Shown: piece by piece, positions 9,855 to 18,196 of the stretch
Numbering within the stretch: the first letter of the stretch is position 1
Layout of the letters: each line of letters begins with the position of its first letter
Source of the DNA: a virus
Lineage: Duplodnaviria > Caudoviricetes
Reading direction: 5' to 3' (one strand)
Virus record (IMG/VR): IMGVR_UViG_3300045993_000305
Location: 1 to 55,052 of that record
Length of the DNA stretch: 55,052 nt
Position numbers and translations under genes: made by a program
Notes under the pieces: model-generated
What the model saw: the letters and a program-made list of their open reading frames with translations, nothing else
Told to the model about the DNA's origin: nothing
The model's database searches: none

Positions 9855-10274
9855 TTACTCGGCGTTGACGGTGAGGTCGCCGATCGCGAACTGCGGCTGG
9901 ATGTTCTGGTTGATTGCCAGCGACGCAGACAGCACGCCGATGATGCCCTGAGAGATGGCGCCAGACGCCGTATCCACCACCACAAACGCGGTCGCAGTTT
10001 GCGTCGCTCCGCCGTCGGTGCGCTTGCCGAACTGGATCAGGCCGGCGTTGGTGAACGCGGATCCGCCGTCGGTCCACGCGCTGGCCTTCGTAATCGCCAC
10101 GCGAGCGTACCCGGTGTAGGTGCATTCGTTTGCGATTGGCGCTGCCTCGCTCACGGCTCCGGCCGCGTCTGTAACCAGCGCGAGGTATTGCGTCGCGCCA
10201 GCTCGATACGCCGGATCGGTACCCTGAAGGTGCATCTTGAGGGTCTGGTTCTCGGTTGCGTTGCTCATTGACAT
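9855..10274 (-). CDS. Small tail-fibre-associated structural protein
   Basis: YLAL...E-x-x-Y-x-GYARVA...TNAGLIQF...PQFAIGDL pattern typical of small phage fibre-base proteins. Confidence 0.75.
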   Translation of the reverse strand: MSMSNATENQTLKMHLQGTDPAYRAGATQYLALVTDAAGAVSEAAPIANECTYTGYARVAITKASAWTDGGSAFTNAGLIQFGKRTDGGATQTATAFVVVDTASGAISQGIIGVLSASLAINQNIQPQFAIGDLTVNAE

Positions 10275-10284
10275 TTGATGCTCC

Positions 10285-10596
10285 TTATAGGGTCTTGGTG
10301 AAACTCAGACGACTGATGCGGCCGTCCTCGTCGCGCTCGGTTACTTCAACGTCCCATGACCCACCGGAACGACCCAGCAAGTCGATGACTTGAGACAGCT
10401 TCTCTGCCGCTACTTCCTGCCCCGCGCTGACCACTGTCATCATGCGCTCCATGTGGATCGGGTCTGGTGCTTGCGGCACCGGAGGGGTGGGCGGAGAAGG
10501 TGGCGGCGGTGGCGCCTTGATTACGGGCGCCTGCTTTTGAATCGTGTACGTCCCGCCGCGCTTGGCGATGTCAGCTTGGCTCAGGCGGATAGGCAT
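10285..10596 (-). CDS. Hypothetical Pro-rich protein
   Basis: Overlaps the end of the giant gene; C-terminal VTERDEDGRISRLSF motif. Confidence 0.65.
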   Translation of the reverse strand: MPIRLSQADIAKRGGTYTIQKQAPVIKAPPPPPSPPTPPVPQAPDPIHMERMMTVVSAGQEVAAEKLSQVIDLLGRSGGSWDVEVTERDEDGRISRLSFTKTL

Positions 10597-13500
10597 AGCA
10601 GCAGCTTTCGGGTCTGTTCGATGTCGCCGTCGAGCGCCTTCAGCGCCTCATCCGCTGGCATGGTGACTTCCGCCGTCCTTCCAGTTTCTGACTCGGTCAC
10701 TTCCACTTTCACGGGAACCGTCAGATCGTTCATGGGGGCGCCTATCGCGACCGGCGTTTCGACGTTCGAGTATTCGCTGTTCAGGTCGGTGAGATTGGAC
10801 AGGAACCGCTGCACGCTGGCCTGACTGTCGCCGGCGACGTAGCCCTTGAAGTTGCCGCTGTCCCAGTATTGCGAGACGTACTTCCAGTGCTTCTTCAGCG
10901 CGACTTCGGTCTGCGGTTCGGTCAGCATCGAGCTGTGCATGCCAACGATCTGCTCTTCGCGAGCGGACTCCGCCTTGTCGGCGGCGGCCTGCCCCTTCTC
11001 CAGCACCTCGGCCTTCTTGGCCGCGAGCTGATCCGGCGTGTAGTAGCGCGCCTTGTAGCGGTCCTTCTTCTTCTCGCGCGCCTTCCACTCCTCGGTGTTG
11101 CCGATGACCTTTTCCTCGAACAGCGCGATGCCGTCCGGTTGCATCATCTCCTTCACGCGCGCGAACTGCGGGTCGCGCGTGTTCGAGATGAATTGGAACC
11201 CCATCGACTCGTGGATCACGTCGTACTTGATCTTTGGATCGAACGTTAGGATCTTCGTCCCATCGTCTTCGGTCCACGCTTCCTTGCCCGCGTCCTCCGC
11301 CGATCCGAACGCGGAGACGTCGTACGTCGCGCCCGGGACCGTGCTGATGTCCTTGAAGTGCTTGGCCATCGTCAGGTTGGGGTCGAGCGCAAGCGTCTCG
11401 ATCCTGCCCTCGGAGGTGGCAGATATCGCCTTGTTGAACGCGCCCTCGCTCGCCGCAATGTCGAGCAGCTGCGCGCCTTCCGGGTAGCTCCGCACGATCG
11501 CGTCTCCCACTGCCTGCTGCACCTCGCGGAACCCGGGGATGCTGGTGGCAATGTGGTCGTCGAAGTTGCCGCGGTGCTTCAGGTACTCGGCGGTGAACCC
11601 AGCGTTGGAGCTGATGTCCAGCGTCGGAACGTACGGCACCTTCGCGTCTGGAGCTCGCTCGCCGCGCGACGCCGCGCTGAAGAAAGCGGTGTGCTCTCGC
11701 CCGTCGCCGGCCAGAGATTCTGTGCTTGCCGACTTGTTGCCGTAGCCGGCGCGGATCTCCGCGAACAGCTCGGCCGGGTCATGCGTTTGCGTCTCGGTCA
11801 TGCGTAGGCTCGGCGCTTCGAGCGGCGTGTAAGCGAACACCTTGCCGCTGGTGTCCTCGTCCGCGTCTTCAGCGTTGTCGGGATCCTCGTACTCGGAGAT
11901 GCCGTAGTGCTTGCCGTCCACGTTGGCGATGTAGTGGTACTCGTCGTACAGCGTGTAGGAGTTGCGCTCGGTGATCTTCTTCAGCTTCTCCGATGGCTTT
12001 GGCAACAGTTTGCGCGCCTCGAACAAGTTGTGCGCCGGATACCCGCCCGGCAGGTTCCCGAACTCGATGTCGTCGCGCTTCGCTTCCGGTATGGCCGCGA
12101 TGCGATCGGCGTCCGCAGCGATCCCGGTGCTCTTGTTCGCGTTCTTCTGTGCCGGCATGAATCCAATAGAGATCGGCGTGCCGTCGGGCAGGATCGTGTA
12201 TCCGGGCAGCTTGGTTGCTTCCTCGCCCACCACGTCCTTGCTGTGGTCCGCGCGCTCCAACCGTCCATCAACGTACTCGAATCCCTGACTCGTCGTGATC
12301 GCCTCCTGATGGTACTTCTCTGCCAGCTTGAGAGAGATCGAGGTGGGCGCGTAGACGATGTAGCTGTTGCCTTGATAGACACCGCGCCACATACCTTGCA
12401 CTGCCTCGAACCCGAACCCAAGCGCCTTCAGATCCTTCAACAGCTCCTTGTTTGCGACGGTGTTGTACGAAGCAGCGCGGTCCTCGACGGTGGCCGTGAT
12501 GAACGCCCATCCATCTTTCTTGATCGCCTCTTCAGGCGACTCGCGGAAGTCGAGCGGGTTAGCGTTGATCGGATCGTCCGCCTCGTACTTCTCCTGATCC
12601 TTCATCACGCCCAGTTCGGCGGCGAAGGCTAATGCTTTTTCTGCTTTGGCGGCAGCGGCGCGGGCGCTTTCTTCTGCTCTCGATTTCCTGACTGCGTCGA
12701 GACGCCGCGCGGCCCGACTTTCAAAGACGGATTGAACGCCTGAAGTAAACGGAGCCTTTTGTCCTGCACTGCTTGGATGGGGGTTTCGTCCTTCATTTTC
12801 AGCACTTGTTCTGCGTGCTGCTGCAAGATTTTCAACCCCCGCGGCGAGCCCTCCATTGCGGAGGATATTGGCGTATTCGCCGACCGTGAAGAGGGATCCA
12901 AAATCTGGGGTTGCGGCAATGAGGGCATCAGTCAGCTCCTTGTTGTTGAGTATCGATTCGGCCGTGCGGTTCTTGCCGCCCATCTCGTAGAGGGTCTTCG
13001 CCCAAGACCAGATCGTCTCCTGCACCTCGGCTGGCGTCCACACTTCTCCGGTGCGCTTCGTCAGCATGGCGGCTGCCTGCCTGACGTGCGCGCTCATGGC
13101 GAGATATCCGGCGCCCTTCCCGGGGTTGGTGACGATGCCACCGTTCTTCGTCAGCGGCGTGGTGAGGCCGCCAAAGATTGCGGCGTCCACGCCGGCGAAC
13201 GCTGCCATCCAGCTGTCGTTCGTCACTTCGTTGACGTCGTCGATCAGGTTGCGGTAGAACGAGTTGATCTTCGGGCCAGAGATCAGCATGCCAGCCGGAT
13301 CGGGGTGGGTGAGCGCGCGGATGACGTTGTTGCGATCGGTGTCCCCGATCACGCCCGTTCCGCGGATGCCTTCCTTCATCAGCTTCTCGATGGCGGCGTG
13401 CGCCACCGGGCGCCCGGCCTTCTGCCACAGCACCCACGTCTGGAGCGCGCCCCTCAGATTGTCCTCGACGCTGGTCTGCGGGGACATCGCCGCGAGCAGC

Positions 13501-16500
13501 ACCGCGAACCGCGGCGCGTCGAGCCCGAACACATGGTGGAGAGCGTACGACGCGCTGCGATACCATCCCTTTTTCGCCTTGCCCGCCCATGCGATGGCCG
13601 CCATTTCCTTTGTCGACGGCATCGACAGGAAGATCGAGACGAAGTTTTTCGCCGACTCGATCTTGTTGAGGGTCTTCTTTTCGGTCGACAGAATGAAGTC
13701 GAGGACTCCCCGTCGATCTCCTTCGGCCAGCTCCCGGTTGCTGGGCTGGCGCGACTTGTTTAGTTTTTCGTCACCCGCACCGGGTTCGACGGATCGCGCA
13801 GCTCCAGCCTTTTGGCCAGCACCTTTGGATCCTTCAGCTGCGTTGCCATCTCTTGCGATCTGGAGCCCATCCGCAGCAATATCGCGGACTCGCTTGAGGC
13901 TGGCGTTGGGTTCTTTTCGGATTGCATTGTCTCTGTCCTCGAAGTATTTGGCTGCGATAGGCAGCTCTTTTTTCATGGTATTAGGAGCAGTATACCACAG
14001 TCCAGCGAGCTGGGCCATGACCTCTTCTTGCAGGAACCGCGTGTGGTTGTCCCTCTGGTTGGCGCCAACCTTCGCGTCCCAGACGCCGAGCGGGTACTCC
14101 AGATAGCGGACCAAGTTCGGGTCGCTGTCGGGGTTGAGGTAGAAGTCGACCGCCTCGGACATCATGTCGCCCATCGGCTCCCGGGTCTTGCCGTACGGAT
14201 CCCACGCTATCGCCATGCGCGGGGACTGCGAGGGCAGCGACGTCCAGCCCGTGCGCTCGGTCCAGTGGTTGCTGACGTGGTGGTCGACCTCGTGCGCGAT
14301 CGTGGTCAGCGCGTCGACCTTCTCCTGAGCGTTGCCTGCCATCAGCTTCAGCAACACCTTCTGGGTGATCCCCAGCTCCCGGCCGTCGCCGGCGCTGTAT
14401 TGCTGGGCGCGCTCGGTGGGGTCGGCAGCGGTGTAGACGTGGAACCCGGTGACGCCGTCGAGCAGCTGCGATGGCATCCCGGCGTTGAGCAATCCCTGAA
14501 GGATGCCGGCCAACGCGCGCTGCTCTTTCGGGGTGGGCGCACGCAGGTTGGTGACGTCCGGTCCCTGAGCCGCCGCAACGTCCGGGTCAAGCGGTGACGT
14601 GACGATCCGCTGGACGGAGGGGTGCGCGTCGGCGACGGCGATCTCTGCGTACGCCTGCGAAATATGTACACGTTTTTCGGACGCTACCGCCTCTTTCTGC
14701 TTGGACTCCGCGGGCTTGGTTTCCGCCGGGTTTTTTGGCGCGTTGGTGGACGCCTCGCGCTCGGCCTTCAGCGCCTCGAAGCGCGTGCCGAGGTACTTGA
14801 CCGGGACGTCCCGTCCGAGGGTGACGATCTGGTTGCCGTGCTTGTACCCGGAGTAGCCGGCGTCGTGGACCGCTTGCTCGAACGCGTTCAGGTCCATGCG
14901 CCCTTGCGAGTCGCGGGGCACCGCCTTCATCAGCGCCGCGGCCTCTTTGGTCGTTACGTCCAGCAGGCCCGGCAGCTTCGCCTCGTAGGCGTGCGTGCCC
15001 GTTACCACTCCCTCGGGCTCGGGCAGCTTGATGCCGTCGTGCTCGTAGAAGTAGACCCGCTGCTTGACGGTGTCGGGCGCCGTTTGGAGACGGCCGCGCT
15101 CCTCGCCGTTCCACATGGACGCGCCTGTTCCGTACCGCCCACCCAGCAGGCTGGTCAGGTTGGCGGTGTTCCCGTAGTGGATACCGCGCGCCTCGACGCT
15201 TCCGGGGTACGTTTGCTGGGCGGCGATCTGCTGCACGCCCTCGGCCGCGGACGCAGCCGGGACGGCGCCGGGAGTCGTCCCGGGCATCTCGATCTTCGGC
15301 AGCTCGCCTGCCACCGGCTGCCGCGCGGGGGCGGGCCCGATGGGACTGGGGATGGTGACGGGCGCCGCCTTCGCGTCCAGACTCGGCACCTCGATGTTCA
15401 GGCCCGTGACTTGTTCACGTTCCGTGGACGCGCCGGGAACTTGAACGGCGGGCTTTTGCAGGCTGGCGTAGTGACCCTTCAGCGTCTGCAACGTCTCGGC
15501 CGCGGTGCGGTGCAGGTTGCCGGCTGCGGCGGACCCGTACTTGGCGCCGTAGTCCGCGAGCATGGCGCGGGCTCCGCGGATCAGCTCCTCGGCCTTCGCG
15601 GCGAGCTGGGCGCGCTGCTCCTTCGGCGCCGTCTTGGCGGCCTTCTTCAGCGCATCGATCTCGAACAGGGTGTTGGCCAGATCCCCCGCACTATTATGGT
15701 GCGTGTCTTGGGGGACGCCGTCCGGGTACGTCGGGCTCGCGCCCACCTGCGTGATGGGTGCCGCGGCGATGGCGGCGATGGAAGCGGACGGGTCGGCTTC
15801 AGAGATGTCGATCTGCGACGCGGTCTGCGGTGCCGCTCCGGCTTGCGTAGCGGGCGCAGGAGGCGGCGCCCAGTTGGCGGAGGCTCTGGATGCCTCGGTG
15901 GCGGCGCGGGCCGCCTCAACCGCGTCTGCGTGCGCCTGAGCGGGGTCTACCGTTGGCACCTCGGTGACCGGCAGGGGTTGGGCGGATACCTCGGCGACGG
16001 TGCGTCCGGGCGCCGGTAGCGCAGGAACCACCGGAGGGGTGGGCGATCCGGTGTACGGCTGGATCGGTTGGGCCTGTCCGGGGGCGGCCGGCCTCATTCC
16101 TCCGAACATCTCGGATGCCTTCGATTCCGCGCTGGTCTGGGCGGCGTCTGCCTCTGATACCTCGCTGCGCCTCTGCAACGCGTCTCCGACAGCGGCGCGA
16201 CCCATGCCCGCAGCAGAGAACCCGGCGCCGGGCAACATCGCCCCGACGGTGGCGCTGAGCGCGTTCTCGGTCATGTCGCCCGGATCTCTCCCGGCGATGT
16301 ATTTTTGCGACAGGTCTTGTCCAACCTGCCCGATGCCTTCCGTTGCGCCCTCGCCTAGCCCGCCTCCCGCGACAACGCCGACTCCGGCAACCGCGCGAGC
16401 GATCAACGACGTGGCCAGCGTGCGCTTCATGCTGTCGGGGATGGACTCGACGATCGCCTTGAAGGCGGGCGCCGCTATCTTTGCGCCAACGAACGTGAGC

Positions 16501-17240
16501 CCCTCGCTGGCAGCCTCGATCAATCCGTTGAGCGTGGCGTCCGTTCCCGATGCATCGATGGACACCCCGGCCTTGCGGTTCTCAGCGTACTGGTTGCCGC
16601 CGGCGGTGATCCCCATCATGGGAAGCGTGGCCGGAGCGAGCTCGGGAACCAAGATCGTGGCCAGCATGGCGGCGTACGATGGCGTCTGGGACGCAGCCTG
16701 AGTCAGCAGCCACGGTGCGAATTGATCGCTCTTCCACGCCTGAGTGACGCCCATTTTCTGGAGCACCGGCGCGTTGGCTTCTGCCATATCCTCCAGCTGC
16801 TTGGCCGACTCGAATCGCTTGACGCTTCCAGCGTCGTCCTTCGGGAGCAGCATGGCGGCGATGTCTTGCGCGGTAGACATTGGATCGCCAGCAAGCGTGA
16901 TGCCAGTCTCTGCTGCCTTTGCCTTGCGCGCCTCAGACTGCTGAGCGAAACCCCATAGCGCGTCGAGCGCGCCGGCGCCCGCCCTCTGGAGCCCGCCTAT
17001 GCCGGCGTCCACCAAGCTGCTGGTCAGAGGCTCAGCAGACTTTCTGACATCTGCTCTGCGGCTGACGGCGTCCTCGGTGTCGGCGAGCGGCGGAGCGGTG
17101 ACCTGCGGGCGAGACGCCGCCCGGCTCGCGGCGTCCGGGTACTCTTCTTCCGGCTTGTCCGCAAGCAAGTAGTCGAACGGGTTCACCTCGGCCGGAGCCG
17201 AACTCTTGTCGCCTAACAGGTAGTCGAACGGGTTGCTCAT
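10581..17240 (-). CDS. Giant polyvalent ejection protein, 2219 aa (ART-like, HEXXH peptidase, glycosylase-like, DUF3293-like, CmoA-like domains)
   Basis: N-terminal NPFDYLL repeats and Gly/Ala hydrophobic region typical of DNA-ejection proteins; domain motifs are detailed in findings; follows other ejection genes. Confidence 0.85.
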   Translation of the reverse strand: MSNPFDYLLGDKSSAPAEVNPFDYLLADKPEEEYPDAASRAASRPQVTAPPLADTEDAVSRRADVRKSAEPLTSSLVDAGIGGLQRAGAGALDALWGFAQQSEARKAKAAETGITLAGDPMSTAQDIAAMLLPKDDAGSVKRFESAKQLEDMAEANAPVLQKMGVTQAWKSDQFAPWLLTQAASQTPSYAAMLATILVPELAPATLPMMGITAGGNQYAENRKAGVSIDASGTDATLNGLIEAASEGLTFVGAKIAAPAFKAIVESIPDSMKRTLATSLIARAVAGVGVVAGGGLGEGATEGIGQVGQDLSQKYIAGRDPGDMTENALSATVGAMLPGAGFSAAGMGRAAVGDALQRRSEVSEADAAQTSAESKASEMFGGMRPAAPGQAQPIQPYTGSPTPPVVPALPAPGRTVAEVSAQPLPVTEVPTVDPAQAHADAVEAARAATEASRASANWAPPPAPATQAGAAPQTASQIDISEADPSASIAAIAAAPITQVGASPTYPDGVPQDTHHNSAGDLANTLFEIDALKKAAKTAPKEQRAQLAAKAEELIRGARAMLADYGAKYGSAAAGNLHRTAAETLQTLKGHYASLQKPAVQVPGASTEREQVTGLNIEVPSLDAKAAPVTIPSPIGPAPARQPVAGELPKIEMPGTTPGAVPAASAAEGVQQIAAQQTYPGSVEARGIHYGNTANLTSLLGGRYGTGASMWNGEERGRLQTAPDTVKQRVYFYEHDGIKLPEPEGVVTGTHAYEAKLPGLLDVTTKEAAALMKAVPRDSQGRMDLNAFEQAVHDAGYSGYKHGNQIVTLGRDVPVKYLGTRFEALKAEREASTNAPKNPAETKPAESKQKEAVASEKRVHISQAYAEIAVADAHPSVQRIVTSPLDPDVAAAQGPDVTNLRAPTPKEQRALAGILQGLLNAGMPSQLLDGVTGFHVYTAADPTERAQQYSAGDGRELGITQKVLLKLMAGNAQEKVDALTTIAHEVDHHVSNHWTERTGWTSLPSQSPRMAIAWDPYGKTREPMGDMMSEAVDFYLNPDSDPNLVRYLEYPLGVWDAKVGANQRDNHTRFLQEEVMAQLAGLWYTAPNTMKKELPIAAKYFEDRDNAIRKEPNASLKRVRDIAADGLQIARDGNAAEGSKGAGQKAGAARSVEPGAGDEKLNKSRQPSNRELAEGDRRGVLDFILSTEKKTLNKIESAKNFVSIFLSMPSTKEMAAIAWAGKAKKGWYRSASYALHHVFGLDAPRFAVLLAAMSPQTSVEDNLRGALQTWVLWQKAGRPVAHAAIEKLMKEGIRGTGVIGDTDRNNVIRALTHPDPAGMLISGPKINSFYRNLIDDVNEVTNDSWMAAFAGVDAAIFGGLTTPLTKNGGIVTNPGKGAGYLAMSAHVRQAAAMLTKRTGEVWTPAEVQETIWSWAKTLYEMGGKNRTAESILNNKELTDALIAATPDFGSLFTVGEYANILRNGGLAAGVENLAAARRTSAENEGRNPHPSSAGQKAPFTSGVQSVFESRAARRLDAVRKSRAEESARAAAAKAEKALAFAAELGVMKDQEKYEADDPINANPLDFRESPEEAIKKDGWAFITATVEDRAASYNTVANKELLKDLKALGFGFEAVQGMWRGVYQGNSYIVYAPTSISLKLAEKYHQEAITTSQGFEYVDGRLERADHSKDVVGEEATKLPGYTILPDGTPISIGFMPAQKNANKSTGIAADADRIAAIPEAKRDDIEFGNLPGGYPAHNLFEARKLLPKPSEKLKKITERNSYTLYDEYHYIANVDGKHYGISEYEDPDNAEDADEDTSGKVFAYTPLEAPSLRMTETQTHDPAELFAEIRAGYGNKSASTESLAGDGREHTAFFSAASRGERAPDAKVPYVPTLDISSNAGFTAEYLKHRGNFDDHIATSIPGFREVQQAVGDAIVRSYPEGAQLLDIAASEGAFNKAISATSEGRIETLALDPNLTMAKHFKDISTVPGATYDVSAFGSAEDAGKEAWTEDDGTKILTFDPKIKYDVIHESMGFQFISNTRDPQFARVKEMMQPDGIALFEEKVIGNTEEWKAREKKKDRYKARYYTPDQLAAKKAEVLEKGQAAADKAESAREEQIVGMHSSMLTEPQTEVALKKHWKYVSQYWDSGNFKGYVAGDSQASVQRFLSNLTDLNSEYSNVETPVAIGAPMNDLTVPVKVEVTESETGRTAEVTMPADEALKALDGDIEQTRKLLLCLSA
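12629..12928 (-). CDS. Nested +1-frame ORF (99 aa) inside the giant gene
   Basis: AAGGAG-7 nt-ATG; host-frame codons become A/T-ending over this interval. Confidence 0.55.
   Translation of the reverse strand: MPSLPQPQILDPSSRSANTPISSAMEGSPRGLKILQQHAEQVLKMKDETPIQAVQDKRLRLLQAFNPSLKVGPRGVSTQSGNREQKKAPAPLPPKQKKH
13760..13927 (-). CDS. Nested +1-frame ORF (55 aa) inside the giant gene
   Basis: GAGG-9 nt-ATG; MQSEKNPTPASSESAILLRMGSRSQEMATQLKDPKVLAKRLELRDPSNPVRVTKN; extended -10 about 60 nt upstream; same codon shift. Confidence 0.6.
   Translation of the reverse strand: MQSEKNPTPASSESAILLRMGSRSQEMATQLKDPKVLAKRLELRDPSNPVRVTKN
13989..13997 (-). promoter_or_regulatory. Internal extended -10 promoter within the giant gene
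   Basis: TG-G-TATACT encoded by TGG TAT ACT (W-Y-T) using A/T-ending codons atypical for this gene. Confidence 0.55.
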
Positions 17241-18196
17241 GGGCGCAGATCTTTCCCGGTTTTTGCTTTGTACGCCGCCTTGACATCAGCCGCTTTTTCA
17301 GGGTGCTGCTTGATGAACTGGTACGCCGCCTTCGCGAGCGCCACCGGGTCGTCTGCCGAGGCGGGAGCGGCCCCAGTGTTTACGACGCCCGATGCGCGCG
17401 GCTTATTGCCTGAGTCTTCGTTGCGCTTGGCGTCCACCTCTTCAAACGTCACTTTGGTCTTCTTGTCCGGGGCGTAATACTCGGTGACGCCTTCGCTGGC
17501 GGGCACCGGGTCACGCTTGCCCATGCCAAGAAAACCTGAACTGCCCGGATCTCCAGCCTTGCCACTGATGACCCGCTTGTAGTAGCCGGTTGTCTTGTCC
17601 TGCGACCATTCACGCGACCCCTTCTCGGCCTCCCATGCGAACGGCTTCTCAGCTTTCACTTTGTCTGGCTTCGCGCCTGAACCCGCCTCCGTTTTGTCGG
17701 CCTTCGCTTGCGCTTGGTTGCCGCGGGCGCGGGCTTCGTCGGCGCGAGCGTTGAAGTAGTCGGCCTCTTCCGCGGTGAGCTCGCGAGGAGCGCCGTCGAT
17801 GACGACCTTGTCTCCCTTGACCAACCGGACGCCGGGCGAGAGAGTGTGGAACTTCTCGGCCTCTTGCGCCGCGGTGAGCTTGCCAGCGGCCTCGGCCATT
17901 GCCGGAGCCTTCGCCTTGATCGCCGCGACCTCGCGCGTATTGGCATCAGTAGATGCAGCGTTGAGGGCGTCGTTGGTGGCGGCGGCCTTCAGTGGGATCT
18001 GGGCCAGATCGATGTCGGCAGACGCTTGAGCGTTCGCCTTGTGGTTCTCGCGCGCCAGCTGCGCCAGCGTGGCGTCGCGCTTCGCTTGGATCGCTGACTT
18101 CTGTTGTTCGTCGATGTCCTTCGCCACCGACCCCATCGCGCCGGCCGCTCCCCCAGCGAGCGCGCTCGCGATGACCCCACCCCATGACATGCTCAT
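17237..18196 (-). CDS. Putative DNA ejection (internal virion) protein
   Basis: Gly/Ala-rich hydrophobic N-terminus followed by coiled coil; ATGA overlap. Confidence 0.7.
   Translation of the reverse strand: MSMSWGGVIASALAGGAAGAMGSVAKDIDEQQKSAIQAKRDATLAQLARENHKANAQASADIDLAQIPLKAAATNDALNAASTDANTREVAAIKAKAPAMAEAAGKLTAAQEAEKFHTLSPGVRLVKGDKVVIDGAPRELTAEEADYFNARADEARARGNQAQAKADKTEAGSGAKPDKVKAEKPFAWEAEKGSREWSQDKTTGYYKRVISGKAGDPGSSGFLGMGKRDPVPASEGVTEYYAPDKKTKVTFEEVDAKRNEDSGNKPRASGVVNTGAAPASADDPVALAKAAYQFIKQHPEKAADVKAAYKAKTGKDLRP

Noticed and set aside
14348-14671. Third nested ORF in the giant gene
   Set aside because: Arg/Ser/Pro-rich shadow composition, no convincing SD, and host-frame codon usage stays G/C-ending
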